From assembly GCF_001194135.2 (NCBI RefSeq), contig NC_068982.1:137099709-137135414 (forward strand): a DNA stretch of 35,706 nucleotides, written 5' to 3'. The stretch comes from Octopus bimaculoides (Eukaryota). Below are positions 33,116-35,706 of this stretch, one piece after another; within the stretch, counting starts at the first letter, position 1, and every line of letters begins with the position of its first letter. Both the position numbers and the translations under genes were made by a program. The notes under the pieces are model-generated. The model saw only the letters and a program-made list of their open reading frames with translations, was not told the DNA's origin and searched no databases.

Positions 33116-33746
33116 CAAAAGAATAATCTCTTCTACTCTAGGCACAAGGCCTGAAATTTTGGGAGGAGCCAGTCGATTAGATCGATTCCATTATGCAACT
33201 GGTACTTAATCTTTTAACCCCAAAAGGATGAAAGGCAAAGTCGACCTCAGTGGAATTTGAACTCAGAACGTAAAGACAGACGAAATACCACTAAGCATTT
33301 CGCCTAGTATGCTAACATTTCTGCCAGCTCGCCACCTGTATACAAAAGAAAGTCACCTCTCTGGACTTCTTTTCTTGCACATTTCTTGTCAACCGTCACC
33401 AACTGACAGAATATTAACAGCCACTTGCTATGATACTTAATTAGAGCTACATAATGAGTGATTCAATAGAATACATAATATTCTTAATTATATGGGTAAG
33501 TACTGCTTTTAGATTAATCTAATTTAAATTTATTTCATTGATGAAGCATCAGCGCTAAGCAGTGTGTGAGTATGAGCAGAATTAGCTAAGTTGAAATATG
33601 CCTGTCACACACTTCATCTACTAAACGGCAAATACACTGCAGTTACCATGGAGAATAAATCTCTCTTGTGGTAAAAAGCTTCATTATTTACCTTGGTCGG
33701 GCAATTTACTAACACAATTCAGTCAACATGTTGACTGAATTATATA

Positions 33747-34956
33747 CAGGGTGCATAAGATATTTGAGGACAGATCTATGTTTATAAAAAAAACAGATAT
33801 ATAATAACAGATAATAACTTTATTTAGCAAAAAATGCTATGAGGATAACAAGAAACCTTCTTTTCTTTAATGTTATTCAATAAAGCCACCTTCAGCTTCA
33901 AGAACTGCTTCTATAAGAGATCTAACTCATGTACATGCTTGAATCAAGTGGCCCTGGTTCATTTTGGACATTACTCTGATTATGGCAGCTTTCAAAGAAT
34001 CTTTGGTGTTATGGACATGTTCATTGACCTCTCTCTCAACAGTGCTTCACATGTAACAGTCCAATGGACTGAAATCTGAGGAATCAGGAGGCCAAATGTT
34101 AGGGGTTATATGATCATGAAAGTTTTCAATCATCCATTCCTGTGTTACTAGAGCCATGTGCAGAGTCTTACTGAAACACATATGGCCTTCCATTGCATAC
34201 ACTGTCTATCCATAGCTTAACAATTATTTCCAGGACCTCAATGTAGGCAGCAGAGTTAACTCTAAGGCCTTGTGGAAAGAAGTAAAGAGGTATCACACGT
34301 CCTTCTGTATGCATAACACTTGGAACATCAGAAGGGTCAGCTCAACCATCTGTCAGTTCTTCTGTTAACTTTTTGATCTTGGTCGAAGTTTTTCTTGTTT
34401 GAGAAAAACCAAATCAAATTTTTTTTCTGCTGGATTTTTCACTTGTTTAAGAGCCTTTTAGATCTAATGTACAGATTTTCTTTTGCTTTTTCTGACAAAT
34501 TGACCTTTCCTCATCATATAAGATCTAATGTCTTTGTGGACAACATTTCTGACTGTTCCTTCTGACACATGGAGATCTTTTGCAATTGACCTCATGGACT
34601 TTCTGGGAATGTAATCACTGGTCTGTTGAACTTGCTGGATAAATTCAAGTGTTCTGATGATTTCAGAGCATTTAGAATGCTTTTTTATGCTTTGATACTG
34701 GTGATACGTTTCCATCTTCAGTCTCTAGCTCCTTACGAACTTTGTAGACAAAAGATCTGACAACTTTTAAAACGCGAGATATTTCTAAATTGCTATGCTC
34801 AGCCTTTATAACCACAATAGCAGCATACCTCTTCATTTCTTGAGTAAGCTGAGGATCTGCCGTTATTATTTTCTGAAACAAAGATTATACAGAGTTAGCC
34901 AAAAATGCAGCAATGACCCAAAAACAGCTATATCCTCAAATACCTTACGCATCCTG
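33747..34956 (-). mobile_element. Decayed Tc1/mariner-superfamily DNA transposon, DD37D (maT) type, ~1.21 kb
   Basis: 24-bp TIRs: CAGGGTGCATAAGATATTTGAGGA (33747-33770) and TCCTCAAATACCTTACGCATCCTG (34933-34956), 3 mismatches. TA on both sides (33745-46, 34957-58). Minus-strand transposase remnants read KRYAAIVVIKAEHSNLEISR...KSMRSIAKDLHVSEGTVRNVV...WFFSNKKNFDQDQKVNRR...GRPYVFQ*DSA...IWPPDSSDFSPLD...EAEGGFIE*. D2-D3 spacing is 37 aa if an 8-nt deletion after DSA is restored. Confidence 0.92.
33873..34836 (-). pseudogene. maT/DD37D transposase pseudogene
   Basis: Pieces lie in the 34672..34881 and 34464..34715 ORFs and downstream frames. The first catalytic D is N (FSNKKNF), there is a stop before the second D, there are frameshifts, and an in-frame deletion of about 14 codons between VMHT and EGRV relative to the family pattern I recall. 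Confidence 0.85.
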
Positions 34957-35706
34957 TATATAAGCTACAGCTTTATTAACTTTGTTTAGAGTTTTCTCCC
35001 TTAGGTACATCTCATTGATAGGAGCCAGCAAAACACCAATATCTGGCATTCTTAATAGATGGCAATGCTGAACAAACAGGGTGCATTCAGAAGAGTGTTT
35101 ACACACCTTTTTACCATAAGATAGATTTTTTTCTCCAAGGTAACTGCAGTGTATTTGCCTTTTAGCAGTTGAAGTGTGTGACAGGCATATTTCAACTTAC
35201 CTAATTCTGCTCTTATATCATTGAAATTATGTATCACAATTGTGTAATTATACGGATAATGATGTTTATGTTAATGAAGGTGCTGTTGAACACAAAGTAT
35301 GAACTATATGTGAAATTCAAGAATTTTTGTTTTATTCTCTCTCTCTCTCTCTCTCTCTAATTCCCTGTATATGTCTAGTGACACTATGTATATGTGTGTG
35401 TGCGTGTGTGTACTCGCGTGTGTGTGTATGTATTTATGTATATATATGCATACATATATATATTTACATATATATGTATATATACATACATATACATGTA
35501 TATATTTACATATTTATGTATACATATATACATGCATACATATATATATACATACAAACGAACATGCATACATATACATGCATACATATAAATACATATA
35601 CATATAATTTGGTAGGCGGAAGTTACTGCCGTGTGTGTATATGTCTGTGTATGTGCTTGTGCCTCTCTCCCAGAGAGTGAGAGAGGGATATATATATATA
35701 TATATA

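Larger units (their letters stand above)
33571..35215. repeat. 108-bp inverted repeat pair (33571-33678 / 35107-35215) enclosing the maT element
   Basis: Manual alignment of the left arm's reverse complement to the right arm gives 9 substitutions and 1 indel in ~108 bp (~91% identity). Confidence 0.9.

Noticed and set aside
320-35680. Most ORFs in the supplied track (IYIY, HTHT, DDDD, HHHH, NNNN-rich, or spanning X runs)
   Set aside because: They are read-throughs of microsatellites, SINE bodies or N-gaps. The same peptides recur wherever the repeat recurs, and many start at non-ATG codons.

Overview
Repeat-saturated eukaryotic non-coding DNA with six N-gaps. It is most likely from an octopus; this is inferred from the SINE/LINE families present, not from any gene. 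I find no intact protein-coding gene, RNA gene or CRISPR array. Nearly all listed ORFs are microsatellite or SINE read-throughs. Supportable content: (i) many tRNA-derived SINEs, which I label X and Y (shared head, different tails) and OR2-like CORE-type; (ii) decayed RTE, RTE/BovB, R4/Dong, CR1 and Penelope-like retroelement fragments, including many copies of an RTE 3' end built from ~65-bp double-hairpin modules; (iii) a decayed DD37D (maT) Tc1/mariner element with TIRs and a TA target, lying between a pair of 108-bp inverted repeats; (iv) two Helentron-associated (HINE/DINE-1-like) elements and a MITE. The most interesting signals are: minimal hammerhead-ribozyme cores at Penelope-like 3' ends; an apparent AGAAA target preference of the X SINE that yields stereotyped SINE dimers; a flipped hairpin loop between the two HINE copies; a pre-miRNA-like hairpin in a CpG-undepleted unique island; and an abutting FOX+RFX motif pair. 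All alignments and translations were done by eye and need computational confirmation.
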